This document shows positions 38,565-47,492 of a stretch of DNA of 64,000 bases, piece after piece. The stretch is taken from positions 9,116-73,115 of IMG/VR virus record IMGVR_UViG_3300014208_000032. One strand, 5' to 3'. The position numbers and the translations under genes were made by a program. Under the pieces are notes generated by a model. It did no database searches, was not told where the DNA came from, and saw nothing but the letters and a program-made list of their open reading frames with translations. Every line of letters starts with the position of its first letter. Position 1 is the first letter of the stretch. This stretch comes from a virus.

Positions 38565-39211
38565 AATTTGAAGATCTTATTAATGAGATGGAATCTATGA
38601 GTTATGACAGCGGACACGACAGAAGCATTGCCGATGTTTCTACTCATGCCACCCATCATACTGCCCCACCAGAGGCAAGTATTAATTCAAGAAGTTTTAA
38701 AGATTTTGAAAACTTTACAGATAGAGTTTCAGATAAAGATATGCATCTTGATATGAATAATGATAAAAAAATTGATACAGATGAATTAAAAAGATATGTC
38801 AACTGGACTGCTAAAAAATTAGGAGTTCCGCAAGAGATTGCTTTGGCTGTTGTGGAAAGAGAAAGCAATTGGAATCAGAATGATGTTTCCAGAAACAGAA
38901 ACGGAACAAGAGATGTGGGATTAATGCAACTAAATTCCAGTAATAGAAAATATTTTGAGGATAAGTTTTGGACACCAGATCACCATGGAATAAAATTTAA
39001 TCCAATGAACCCAGAACATAATGTTGAGGTTGGTATTAAATATTTAAAATGGCTAAATACTTATTTTGATGGAGATTGGGGTAAAGCAATTATGGGATAT
39101 AATGCCGGTCCAGGAAACGTAAAAAGAGATACGATTCCTGATTCTACCAGAAATTATTTAAAATTTGTTATGGATTTTGTTGGCGACAAAGCAAAGAAAT
39201 ATTTTGGATAA
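38561..39211 (+). CDS. lytic transglycosylase (SLT) with capsid-targeting N-terminus
   Basis: AVVERES, GLMQL, NVEVGIKYL, YNAGPG; MKFEDLINE. Confidence 0.9.
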   Translation: MKFEDLINEMESMSYDSGHDRSIADVSTHATHHTAPPEASINSRSFKDFENFTDRVSDKDMHLDMNNDKKIDTDELKRYVNWTAKKLGVPQEIALAVVERESNWNQNDVSRNRNGTRDVGLMQLNSSNRKYFEDKFWTPDHHGIKFNPMNPEHNVEVGIKYLKWLNTYFDGDWGKAIMGYNAGPGNVKRDTIPDSTRNYLKFVMDFVGDKAKKYFG

Positions 39212-39224
39212 AAGGAAATAGAAA

Positions 39225-39506
39225 ATGAAAAAAATAAAAGATTTAATTCTTATGAACTCTCTTTTGCTAACAGAAGATGAAAAACCAGAACAAGAGAAAA
39301 TAGACGGGAAAGAAGATAAAGATTGGCAAATAAAAACAGGAGCTGAAGTAGAGAAAGAACACGCTGGAACTTATGAAGAAGTGCAAAAGATTTTTAAAAC
39401 AACTGGCAAATATCCATCATTAGAAGATTATTGCTTAATGATTGTTAATGATCACCTAAAAGAAGATCCAAAATATTATTCTAAATTAGTGAAATTTGGA
39501 TTATAA
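39225..39506 (+). CDS. DUF5661-like phage protein
   Basis: GAEVEKEH...DHLKEDPKYYSKL. Confidence 0.6.
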   Translation: MKKIKDLILMNSLLLTEDEKPEQEKIDGKEDKDWQIKTGAEVEKEHAGTYEEVQKIFKTTGKYPSLEDYCLMIVNDHLKEDPKYYSKLVKFGL

Positions 39507-39722
39507 AAGTTTATAACCTTTTCTTTTTAATTCTTTATTGGCATCTTCTCTTGTGAGGATGCCTTTTTTTATTTTAGCAACTAACATTTCAACATAAGTA
39601 ATTTCAGCAATATCTTTTTCTGCATCTGGTTTGAAATCTTCTCTTTGGTTGCTTTTTTTAATCAACTTTGTTTTTGGTTTTTTGTTGTGATTAAAATCAT
39701 CTATTTTTTTTGATTTGCTCAA
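39501..39722 (-). CDS. small basic hypothetical protein
   Basis: TTG start overlapping upstream TGA. Confidence 0.45.
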   Translation of the reverse strand: MSKSKKIDDFNHNKKPKTKLIKKSNQREDFKPDAEKDIAEITYVEMLVAKIKKGILTREDANKELKRKGYKLL

Positions 39723-39898
39723 TTGGTTTTCCTGTTGTCAGTAGAATAAAATCCACTTCCTTTTAGTGAAAAATTAGCAGAAACAATTTTAATTTTCATT
39801 AATCTTCCTTGGCTATCTCTTACTTCTGGTTTTTCATTCATTGGGTGTTCTACTTCTTTTTCTTCGTATTCGTTATGATAAATATAAAATGCCATCAT
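39719..39898 (-). CDS. FmdB-like small protein lacking Zn cysteines (59 aa, not in ORF track)
   Basis: MMAFYIY..EVEHPM..P..S.NFSLKGSGFYSTD. Confidence 0.55.
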   Translation of the reverse strand: MMAFYIYHNEYEEKEVEHPMNEKPEVRDSQGRLMKIKIVSANFSLKGSGFYSTDNRKTN

Positions 39899-40251
39899 TA
39901 CCTCTCGTCAATTATTACTTTGTCTTCTTCTTTTAAATTGTCACCAAACTGAATTTGAAGATAATTTATTTCGTGGTTATTAAAATTATGTATTCTGTGG
40001 GTTGCGTTTGGTTCAATTATAATATTATCATTATATTTTAAAAAAATATTATCATTATTTTTCATAATAATTAAATCTGTTTGTGGTGTAATGTTTTTGA
40101 TCATTTCATTTTTTTTAAAGTGTTTATGAATGGTTGTTGAAGTAGTTGGATTCATCATATTATAAGTAAGAATAACATAATCATCTTTATAAATAAGTTT
40201 TGAAGTTCCCCAAGATTTTACTCTTAGGGGTTCTTCTTTTTGTTCTTTCAT
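39898..40251 (-). CDS. cupin, MPI type II-like (second paralogue)
   Basis: KSWG, TIHKHFKKNE, HRIHN, QIQFG. Confidence 0.7.
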   Translation of the reverse strand: MKEQKEEPLRVKSWGTSKLIYKDDYVILTYNMMNPTTSTTIHKHFKKNEMIKNITPQTDLIIMKNNDNIFLKYNDNIIIEPNATHRIHNFNNHEINYLQIQFGDNLKEEDKVIIDER

Positions 40252-40266
40252 AAGATAATTATGATA

Positions 40267-43200
40267 TTAAGTTGCTACTCCAGTGATTGTATGATAAAGT
40301 GAATCTGCAGCATATTCTGTGTTTAAATAATAGGCACGAAAAGTATAAGAAGTTGATGTTATAGCAGTTATTCCCGTGTTTAATCCTATATTAGCTCCCC
40401 AAACCCCAGGACTTGTTTCTTGTTGTATAACCCTTGTTGATGCTCCTGGCGGGGCGTTGGCATCTGCTAATACAATTTGGCTTCCACCAACTAATGTTGT
40501 AAAACTCATTGCCGGAGTAATAATAGGTGTTGGTATTTCTAAATTACTAATCACTCTTATCTTCTTAACCTCAACTATTTGTTCAGATATATTATATCGC
40601 ATCCCATAAATTCTTTTAAGTTCGCTAGTTGTTGTGTCATAATAAAAAACATCGCCAGTAGTCACACCAGTTTCGTCAAGAATATTTCCCCAAACAGGAG
40701 CAGCGCCATTAGTTCCAGTTCCTGTTTCGGTTAAGAATTTTTTAACTGTTGTGGTGTTTGGAGAAAGAAGTGTTGTAACGTCTACATTACTTTGATATGG
40801 AATTGACCCTAGAAGTGTTGTGTTGTTCCCACCAACTAAATTTGTTGATTTTATTGTGGTTCCTGTTATTGTTCCAGTAACAGTTAATGTGTTATTAATG
40901 GTAGTTGCTGTATCAATTGTTGTTTTTTCATATTCATTAGATAATAAAACAATATCTATATTGGTTCCGCTATATTGTGGTACATATATTTTATTTAAAT
41001 TTATAAAAGAAATGTCATGATTAACGTTTGTAAGAATATTTTCTGTTGTTTTTGAGTTAGTACTAAGTTCTACAATATCCATGTTTGTAGAGTTTCTGAG
41101 TGGTAGATAAAGTTTTCCATTATAAATATGAGATGTATATTTATCATTACTAGATAGAGTTGAAATTGTAGTAACAGAATTATTACTTAAATCAACAATA
41201 TCCATATTTACTCCACCACTTTGTGGTAAATAAAGTTTTCCATTATAAATCTGAGATGTGAATCTATTATGGTTGGAAATTAATGTTAGTGTAGTAACAG
41301 AATTATTACTTAAATCTACAACATCCGCAATATTTCCACCTGTTAAAATAGAAGAGTGTGGTAAATAAAGTTTTCCATTATAAATCTGAGATGTATATCT
41401 ATTGTGGTTTGATAGAGTTGAAATTGTAGTAACAGAATTATTACTTAAATCAACAATATCCATATTTACTCCACCACTTTGTGGTAAATAAAGTTTTCCA
41501 TTATAAATTTGAGATGTGTTTTTTGTAAAAGCTGTTAAAGTTGAAATTGTAGTAACAGAATTATTACTTAAATCAACGATGTCCATATTTACTCCACCGC
41601 TTTGTGGTAAATAAAGTTTCCCATTATAAATTTGAGATGTGGAAGTAATCATACTTGTTAATCCAGAAATTGTGGAAAATGAGTTATCACTTAAGTCCAT
41701 AATAACAAAATTTACACCAAAAGCATTTGTTATGTAAACTTTGTTGTTATACAAATGAGCATCTTTGTTTGTAAAAGAAGGAAGAGTGGCAAGTGAAGTT
41801 TTTGTTGGTGGTGATAACATGTCAATAACAAGTCCAATTTTAACATCACTTCTTGTTTCTAGTTTGTTGGTTGTAGAATCCCAAACAGCAACTCCCATAT
41901 CAACAGGAAGAGCTTGAACGACAGAGTTTCCAATAGAAGCTGTATCAAATCTATTAGTTGCAGCGTTCCAGATTGCCACTCCACCATCTAATGGCGTGTT
42001 TTCTCTTGTAGCAATTGCTTGCAAAGAAGTTTTCACAATTCCATCAACTGAAGTTCCCACTTTAAAAGTATCAGTTTCTTCATCGAATACAATATAATAA
42101 CTATCTAAGCCAATTCCACGTTGAATTTCTATACCAGCCATATTGGTAGATAAAGCTGTTCCGTTTTTGTTTAATGTTAAAATTGGATCTGTAGAATTTA
42201 AGGAATTTACATTCACATTAGTAGTAGCTACAACAATATCAACAGAAGTTGGTGTAATCTCCATAATTTTAGAAGCGCCAATTCCCGTGCCAGTCCAAAA
42301 TTGAATTCTTGAATCTGGATCATCAAAAAGATTAAAAAGAGTAGTAATACTTCCATCTCCATTTTCTTTACTTACTATTGTGTTTGCTACATTTCCAGCA
42401 TTAAATTGGGTTTCTCTGGCAAAAAAATCTCTTTGATCGTAAGTGTTTGCTAAAACATAAGTCCCAGGAGTTCCTGTAATTTCTACAAAATAAAAATCAT
42501 TAGTAAAAACAGATGGATCTGGTGCTCCAGCCCAAGTAGTTGAAACAAGAACAACTTCCCCTAGTTCATTAGTAGAAATTAAATATTTTCCAGCAACAGG
42601 AATTGGAATAATTCCTAAAGAAGGAATTAAACTAACATCTCCAGAAAATGCAGTAAATATTTTATTAAGATAAAGATTACTTCTTAAGATAGAAGCATTG
42701 ATATAAACAATAAGTTCAAAAGATTTAGCAAAACCAACTGTATCATCTTCCCAGTTTGTTAAATCATCAACCCCAGTTCCTATAAAATAATCATAAGTTC
42801 CATCAATAAAAGAACGAGCTTTAAATTTACCATTAGCAGTAAGTTTAACCTCAAAATTATAATTACCAAATTCAATATCGTTGGTTGGAAAAATAATTTT
42901 ATTAAGAATTCTGGAAAATAAATCAACATCAATATAATTATTGAAAAATACATTATTGGGAATTACTTTGCCAACCAAATCTGCTCTTGCTATATCAATT
43001 TCTGTTTTTCTGGAAACACCAGCACCAGGGGATAAATAAAGAAACTGAATTCCATTTACTATCTCAAGAGAAAGATCAATATCAAAAATTGTATTTTTAA
43101 AAATACCGCCAGAAAAATTGAATACTGCACTCTGTTCTAAGAAATCAATTATTTTACCAACATTATAATTAATGTTTTCAATGGGTCTATTGATGGAGTA

Positions 43201-43329
43201 GGGAGTTCTGTAATCAATTTTCTCTAAAAATTCCAATCCGGGTATTATAGCATTAAGATCTTTGATTCCACTTCCGGTTGTTTTCTTTTTAAACATTATA
43301 TTATTTCCTTTTGTTATTCCCACTGGCAT
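40267..43329 (-). CDS. virion structural/fibre protein with inserted repeat beta-propeller
   Basis: NRPIEN N-terminal motif, DPILTLN..AGIEIQRG fibre module, seven ~41-aa repeats. Confidence 0.75.
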   Translation of the reverse strand: MPVGITKGNNIMFKKKTTGSGIKDLNAIIPGLEFLEKIDYRTPYSINRPIENINYNVGKIIDFLEQSAVFNFSGGIFKNTIFDIDLSLEIVNGIQFLYLSPGAGVSRKTEIDIARADLVGKVIPNNVFFNNYIDVDLFSRILNKIIFPTNDIEFGNYNFEVKLTANGKFKARSFIDGTYDYFIGTGVDDLTNWEDDTVGFAKSFELIVYINASILRSNLYLNKIFTAFSGDVSLIPSLGIIPIPVAGKYLISTNELGEVVLVSTTWAGAPDPSVFTNDFYFVEITGTPGTYVLANTYDQRDFFARETQFNAGNVANTIVSKENGDGSITTLFNLFDDPDSRIQFWTGTGIGASKIMEITPTSVDIVVATTNVNVNSLNSTDPILTLNKNGTALSTNMAGIEIQRGIGLDSYYIVFDEETDTFKVGTSVDGIVKTSLQAIATRENTPLDGGVAIWNAATNRFDTASIGNSVVQALPVDMGVAVWDSTTNKLETRSDVKIGLVIDMLSPPTKTSLATLPSFTNKDAHLYNNKVYITNAFGVNFVIMDLSDNSFSTISGLTSMITSTSQIYNGKLYLPQSGGVNMDIVDLSNNSVTTISTLTAFTKNTSQIYNGKLYLPQSGGVNMDIVDLSNNSVTTISTLSNHNRYTSQIYNGKLYLPHSSILTGGNIADVVDLSNNSVTTLTLISNHNRFTSQIYNGKLYLPQSGGVNMDIVDLSNNSVTTISTLSSNDKYTSHIYNGKLYLPLRNSTNMDIVELSTNSKTTENILTNVNHDISFINLNKIYVPQYSGTNIDIVLLSNEYEKTTIDTATTINNTLTVTGTITGTTIKSTNLVGGNNTTLLGSIPYQSNVDVTTLLSPNTTTVKKFLTETGTGTNGAAPVWGNILDETGVTTGDVFYYDTTTSELKRIYGMRYNISEQIVEVKKIRVISNLEIPTPIITPAMSFTTLVGGSQIVLADANAPPGASTRVIQQETSPGVWGANIGLNTGITAITSTSYTFRAYYLNTEYAADSLYHTITGVAT
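40945..41770 (-). repeat. seven ~123-nt tandem coding repeats (SQIYNGKLYLPQSGGVNMDIVDLSNNSVTTISTL)
   Basis: Near-identical DNA units, e.g. TTGTGGTAAATAAAGTTTTCCATTATAAAT. Confidence 0.85.
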
Positions 43330-43760
43330 TATAGATTTTCCTTGTCTTTTTTAATTAAATCTTGTATTTCTGTCTTTCCAAAAAACCAGTCGTTTTCGTT
43401 TTTTGTTTTAAGATTTTTGACATACATTTTATTATATCTTCTCAAAAGAGGGAGAGCATCGGGGAAAAAATATTTAATTCTTTTATATTTTTCTTCTTTA
43501 TTAACAGATAACATTCTGGCGAAACTATCAATTTCATCAATTGCTCTCATTGCGTATTTTTTATTATCATAATAATTTACATTAAAACCAAGAATATCAC
43601 TTCTTTTGCCATAGGTTTTTTGGTGAGGTTGTCCTGGATATTCAAAATCCAATACTTTTACTTTTGGGTTAGGATCTTGCTTAAAATTGTCGTATTTGAA
43701 TTTAACAAGTACTGCATCTTCGCTGAGAACAATTTCTTCATATAATTCTTGAAACTTCAT
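43329..43760 (-). CDS. possible gp2-like DNA end protector; capsid-targeting-like N-terminus
   Basis: FKY..DPNPKVKVLD..LGFNVNY..RRY pattern; MKFQELYEE. Confidence 0.4.
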   Translation of the reverse strand: MKFQELYEEIVLSEDAVLVKFKYDNFKQDPNPKVKVLDFEYPGQPHQKTYGKRSDILGFNVNYYDNKKYAMRAIDEIDSFARMLSVNKEEKYKRIKYFFPDALPLLRRYNKMYVKNLKTKNENDWFFGKTEIQDLIKKDKENL

Positions 43761-43776
43761 AATATTATCTTTTCAA

Positions 43777-43900
43777 GTGAACTAATTACCCATTAAAGAC
43801 AGGTAATATTTTTGTTTCATAGACAAAACTTGTTTTTTGAATAAACAAAACCCTTGGTTTTTATCTCCACAAACTTATATTCGGGTTATTCCAACCCTAT
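43777..43900 (-). ncRNA. TnpB omegaRNA scaffold / IS605-type right end
   Basis: Minus strand: GGGTTGGAATAACCC hairpin, TTTGTGGAGA...TCTATGAAACAAA, terminal hairpin ATTACC..GGTAAT, ending TAGTTCAC. Confidence 0.7.
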
Positions 43901-45037
43901 TTTTTTTAAACCATAATTTTTAAGATTGATCCCAGCGTTTTGATCTCGATCAATCTCAAATCCACAACTCGGGCAACTAAAAATTCTATCTTTTAACATT
44001 AAATCTTTGTGAATAAATCCACACTTCGAACAAGTTTTAGATGAAGCAAACCATTTATCTGCTTCAATTAAAATCTTGTTATTCCAAAAAGTTTTATATT
44101 TAAGTTGTTGTAAAAACATACCATAACCTAAATCATTAATAGATTTTCCTAACTTTAAACACTGAGCCATTGCTCTTAAGTTAATATTTTCAACCACTAT
44201 TACATCATTATCTTTTACGAGTTTTGTAGATAGTTTTTGGGTAAAATCTTTTCTTTTGTTAGTAATTTTTTCAAATAATAAATTTACTCTTAGTTGTGCT
44301 TTTTTTCTATTATTCGAGCCCTTCTGTTTTTTAGAAACTTTTCTTTGAAGAAATTTTAATTTCTTTTCGTTGTTTCTGTAAATCCTCTCATAAACAGGAG
44401 AACTTCCTTGATCATCTACAAAAAAAGAAGACATAGACATATCTAAACCCTTGGTTTTCAGGTTTTTACTTATGACAACTCCTTTTAGTATTAAATCTTG
44501 TTCAAAAATTATTGAGACAAAGTATTTTCCAGTTGGTGTTTTACTAACAGTAGCAGATTTTATTTCTCCTTTTAATTCTTTTCTTAAATCTCTAAAATTT
44601 ATCCAACCAAGTTTTGGAAGTTTTATTTTTTTTGATTCAAAATCAATTTTAATATTTTCATTTGTAATTGTTGTTCTATAAGAATCTTTTTTACCTTTTT
44701 TGTGAAACTTTGGAAAACCAGATTTTCCTTTACTTTTCCCAGAAATGGATTTAAAAAAGTTTTGATAAGCCGCAGATAAATCTCTTGAAGATTGTTGTAA
44801 AGAAATAGAATCCACTTCTTTTAAAAATTCAAACTCAGTTTTATATTCTTTTTCTGTTTTATATTTAAATTCAAACAATGCTCGTTTGTCATTTTTTAAT
44901 ATTTCATAGGTTTTAATTTTTTCGGCAAGCATTGCATTATAAATAAACCTTGAACAACCAATAGTTTTATTTATTAAAACTTCTTGTTCTTTATTTGGAT
45001 AGATTCTTACTTTTAATGCTTTAATTATTAAACCCAT
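43886..45037 (-). CDS. tnpB: TnpB RNA-guided endonuclease (IS200/IS605 family), no tnpA
   Basis: KVRIYP..GCSRFIYN, GFPKF, RuvC GLDM / VVENI / DRDQNA intact, CSKC..CPSC. Confidence 0.95.
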   Translation of the reverse strand: MGLIIKALKVRIYPNKEQEVLINKTIGCSRFIYNAMLAEKIKTYEILKNDKRALFEFKYKTEKEYKTEFEFLKEVDSISLQQSSRDLSAAYQNFFKSISGKSKGKSGFPKFHKKGKKDSYRTTITNENIKIDFESKKIKLPKLGWINFRDLRKELKGEIKSATVSKTPTGKYFVSIIFEQDLILKGVVISKNLKTKGLDMSMSSFFVDDQGSSPVYERIYRNNEKKLKFLQRKVSKKQKGSNNRKKAQLRVNLLFEKITNKRKDFTQKLSTKLVKDNDVIVVENINLRAMAQCLKLGKSINDLGYGMFLQQLKYKTFWNNKILIEADKWFASSKTCSKCGFIHKDLMLKDRIFSCPSCGFEIDRDQNAGINLKNYGLKKIGLE

Positions 45038-45095
45038 ATAATATTATCTTTACGTCTTTTACAAAAGTTATTAAATTATTATACTTTGGTAAAAA

Positions 45096-45290
45096 TTATG
45101 CTAAAATATTTACTTTTGTTCCTAAATAGTTTTTTGATATTGCTTCGACTTCTTGGTCGGTTCTTTTTTCAAGCATAACAACCTTCTTTCTTTTAGAAAA
45201 AGAACTGTATAAAAATACTTGATTATACACAAAAGAGGCCACTTCATAGGAATTGTTGGAAATAATATATTCGTCAGTTAATATTGTCAT
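45096..45290 (-). CDS. hypothetical protein
   Basis: 64 aa; TATAAT-like element just upstream. Confidence 0.4.
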   Translation of the reverse strand: MTILTDEYIISNNSYEVASFVYNQVFLYSSFSKRKKVVMLEKRTDQEVEAISKNYLGTKVNILA

Positions 45291-45299
45291 ATTATACTT

Positions 45300-45497
45300 A
45301 TGACATATTTAATCGAGAGGGAAAAAATGATAATCGAATGCCCAAATTGTGACGAAGAATTTATAGCTTATGAATGGGAAAATATAACCTGTCCAAAATG
45401 TGGTAGAACTGCTTATTGGGATAGTTATTTTTCTTATGGCACCGATGGAGAGATTGAAGATGAGTTTGCATTTGTTGATTGGGAGGAAATAAAATGA
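45300..45497 (+). CDS. small zinc-ribbon protein
   Basis: CPNC...CPKC; probable start 45328 after GAGG. Confidence 0.6.
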   Translation: MTYLIEREKMIIECPNCDEEFIAYEWENITCPKCGRTAYWDSYFSYGTDGEIEDEFAFVDWEEIK

Positions 45498-45724
45498 AAA
45501 GACAAATTAACAAATACATTAATAGCATTAGAAAAACAAAAACTTATTCAAGAGATTATTGTGAAGAAGTTGATGAGTATTATTTTATGGGTGATGGGCA
45601 AGGTGATTTTGAAGACAGTTCTTATTCTGCATCAAAAGAATGTACAGAGAGATACATAGAAGAATGTCTAAAACAAATAGAGATAGCAAAAGAATATCTG
45701 GAGAAAATAAATGGAAATGATTGA
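45494..45724 (+). CDS. hypothetical protein
   Basis: GGAGG SD; coupled. Confidence 0.6.
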   Translation: MKRQINKYINSIRKTKTYSRDYCEEVDEYYFMGDGQGDFEDSSYSASKECTERYIEECLKQIEIAKEYLEKINGND

Positions 45725-46034
45725 TTGGTTAAAACAACAAAGAAACTTTTATAGTAAAAAATTGATTAAAATAGCGGACACGCAAAATGCTGATTTTATT
45801 TATATTAGCGGAAGGTTAATGATGCTAGAAGAAGTAATTAATAAAATAAGAATTGATAGTTTAGATGTTGAAAAAGAATTATATGATAATTATGAAAACA
45901 AATCGTTTGATAGAGCAATAGTAGAAATAGTAAAAAAATCTATTGAAATGGAAAATAATATAAAAAGAGGAAATCCAATTCATATTTATAACAAAGAAAC
46001 AAAAGAATTTGAGGAGATAAAAAATGGAAATTGA
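45711..46034 (+). CDS. hypothetical protein
   Basis: GGAG SD. Confidence 0.6.
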   Translation: MEMIDWLKQQRNFYSKKLIKIADTQNADFIYISGRLMMLEEVINKIRIDSLDVEKELYDNYENKSFDRAIVEIVKKSIEMENNIKRGNPIHIYNKETKEFEEIKNGN

Positions 46035-46188
46035 TAGAGCAAATCTTTTAATTGTGAAGATCAAGAAAACAATTGATGAGTTGGAAAATAATAAGATTAC
46101 ATCCATTGGGTTAATGCATGATAATCAAGAAAATTATAACAACGGAATTGATACAGCAATTAGAATTGTTAAAAAGTTGTTGAGGTAA
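46024..46188 (+). CDS. small hypothetical protein (54 aa, not in ORF track)
   Basis: GAGGAG SD; fills gap. Confidence 0.55.
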   Translation: MEIDRANLLIVKIKKTIDELENNKITSIGLMHDNQENYNNGIDTAIRIVKKLLR

Positions 46189-46192
46189 AAAA

Positions 46193-46489
46193 ATGCCAAT
46201 TAATATTAGTAATACAACAAATTTTACCATATCTAGTAGTGGAAATATCGGTATTGGTTCCTTGACACCGATGTATACTAGCAGTTCAGCGTGGTTGTCA
46301 ATACCTACAACGTCAACAACAAGAAGTTATGGTTTCGCAATAGGAGGTTATTATACCTCAACTATTTTAGACACAACTGTGAATTTTAATTATTCAGGTT
46401 ATAACCAAGCTTATTTAACACCAATTTATGGTAAAAAATCACAACGAATTTTTATTACTTTTGACGACGAGGAGAAAGAAAATGTTTAA
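46193..46489 (+). CDS. hypothetical protein, S/T-rich, C-terminal KKSQRIFITFDD
   Basis: GAGG SD. Confidence 0.55.
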   Translation: MPINISNTTNFTISSSGNIGIGSLTPMYTSSSAWLSIPTTSTTRSYGFAIGGYYTSTILDTTVNFNYSGYNQAYLTPIYGKKSQRIFITFDDEEKENV

Positions 46490-46832
46490 ACAATTTTTAA
46501 AAGATATTATTTCAATACCAAAAAAGATTGTATCTGATTTTCTTCCTGTGTTTGGTGCTGCTTTACTTTTTACTTGTATCGTATTTGGAATACCAACAGG
46601 GATTATTTTTTCTATTAATTTGTTATTTCTACAACAATGGGATCTCACGTTGTATTTATTAGGTAATATTACCAACCCAGGCAATAAAATTATGGATTTA
46701 TTAACGGTTTCTTCCGCAGAATTTATTGTTTTGCTAACGCTTGCTGGGGTAATTATTTTTGTTGTGATTAATATTGTTGATTATTTAAAATCTCTAAAAG
46801 AAAGAAGCAGATTAAATAAGGACAAAAATTAG
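46482..46832 (+). CDS. two-TM membrane protein
   Basis: AGGAG SD before ATG 46482; two hydrophobic helices. Confidence 0.65.
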   Translation: MFKQFLKDIISIPKKIVSDFLPVFGAALLFTCIVFGIPTGIIFSINLLFLQQWDLTLYLLGNITNPGNKIMDLLTVSSAEFIVLLTLAGVIIFVVINIVDYLKSLKERSRLNKDKN

Positions 46833-47039
46833 ATGTATGTTTCAATAGTTAATATTTTTGACAATGACAATGAATTTGTGCAAAATGTTATTCACAATGA
46901 TTTAGAAATAGCAAATGAAATAGCTGATGGTATTAGGATTAGAAATCCAAATTTTAAGGTTTTTACCGAAAGCGTTTATGTTAGAACTACTGATGCAAAA
47001 GAAATTTTAAGAGAGATGTGGGAGGATAATCATATATGA
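46833..47039 (+). CDS. hypothetical protein
   Basis: Coupled ORF. Confidence 0.55.
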   Translation: MYVSIVNIFDNDNEFVQNVIHNDLEIANEIADGIRIRNPNFKVFTESVYVRTTDAKEILREMWEDNHI

Positions 47040-47251
47040 TTATTATTTTTGTCATGGTTGGTGTTTTTATTGCTTTTGGCATAATTGGAGTTGCATTAGA
47101 TTATTTTGATTGGAATGATGGAATTTGTAAAAAAACTGGGAAACACTGGGAATATTTTGATACAGATAGTCAAGATGGTCACGGGTATAAATCTGATGAA
47201 TATCGTATTTGGATTAGTTGGGGTTTTGATAAAAATGCAGAGTTATTATAA
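47036..47251 (+). CDS. small membrane-anchored phage protein
   Basis: GGAGG SD; N-terminal TM; WNDGIC..W..FDTDSQ.G.GY. Confidence 0.65.
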   Translation: MIIIFVMVGVFIAFGIIGVALDYFDWNDGICKKTGKHWEYFDTDSQDGHGYKSDEYRIWISWGFDKNAELL

Positions 47252-47492
47252 ACTAGCGGAACAAAGACCGTTTGAAATAAGACGCACTTATAATGAGAGT
47301 GAATACATAGCATACCCATTAGTGTGTCTTCCTATGAGTGATAGAGAAATCATTTATTATTTAGAAGAAAAAACTAGATTATTAGAGAAAACAATAGAGA
47401 CAATAAAAATCTATTCAGATGATGACTATTTTAAAGCATCTTTTGAGTTAGAAGAGTTTTTAAAAAACTTTAAAGTTTATGGGGAGAAATAA
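47235..47492 (+). CDS. hypothetical protein
   Basis: Probable ATG 47235 in ORF 47106..47492. Confidence 0.5.
   Translation: MQSYYKLAEQRPFEIRRTYNESEYIAYPLVCLPMSDREIIYYLEEKTRLLEKTIETIKIYSDDDYFKASFELEEFLKNFKVYGEK

Noticed and set aside
40252-40263. AAGATAAT-T-ATG on + strand in the cupin/fibre gap
   Set aside because: Wrong spacing and leads only to a 13-codon antisense ORF; likely chance
40945-41770. Spaced direct repeats resembling a CRISPR array or DGR template/variable pair
   Set aside because: In-frame coding repeats of ~123 nt; differences not adenine-specific; no cas or reverse transcriptase gene in the window
43886-45037. TnpB as nuclease-dead TldR or Cas12f
   Set aside because: All three RuvC acidic residues present; no CRISPR repeats adjacent
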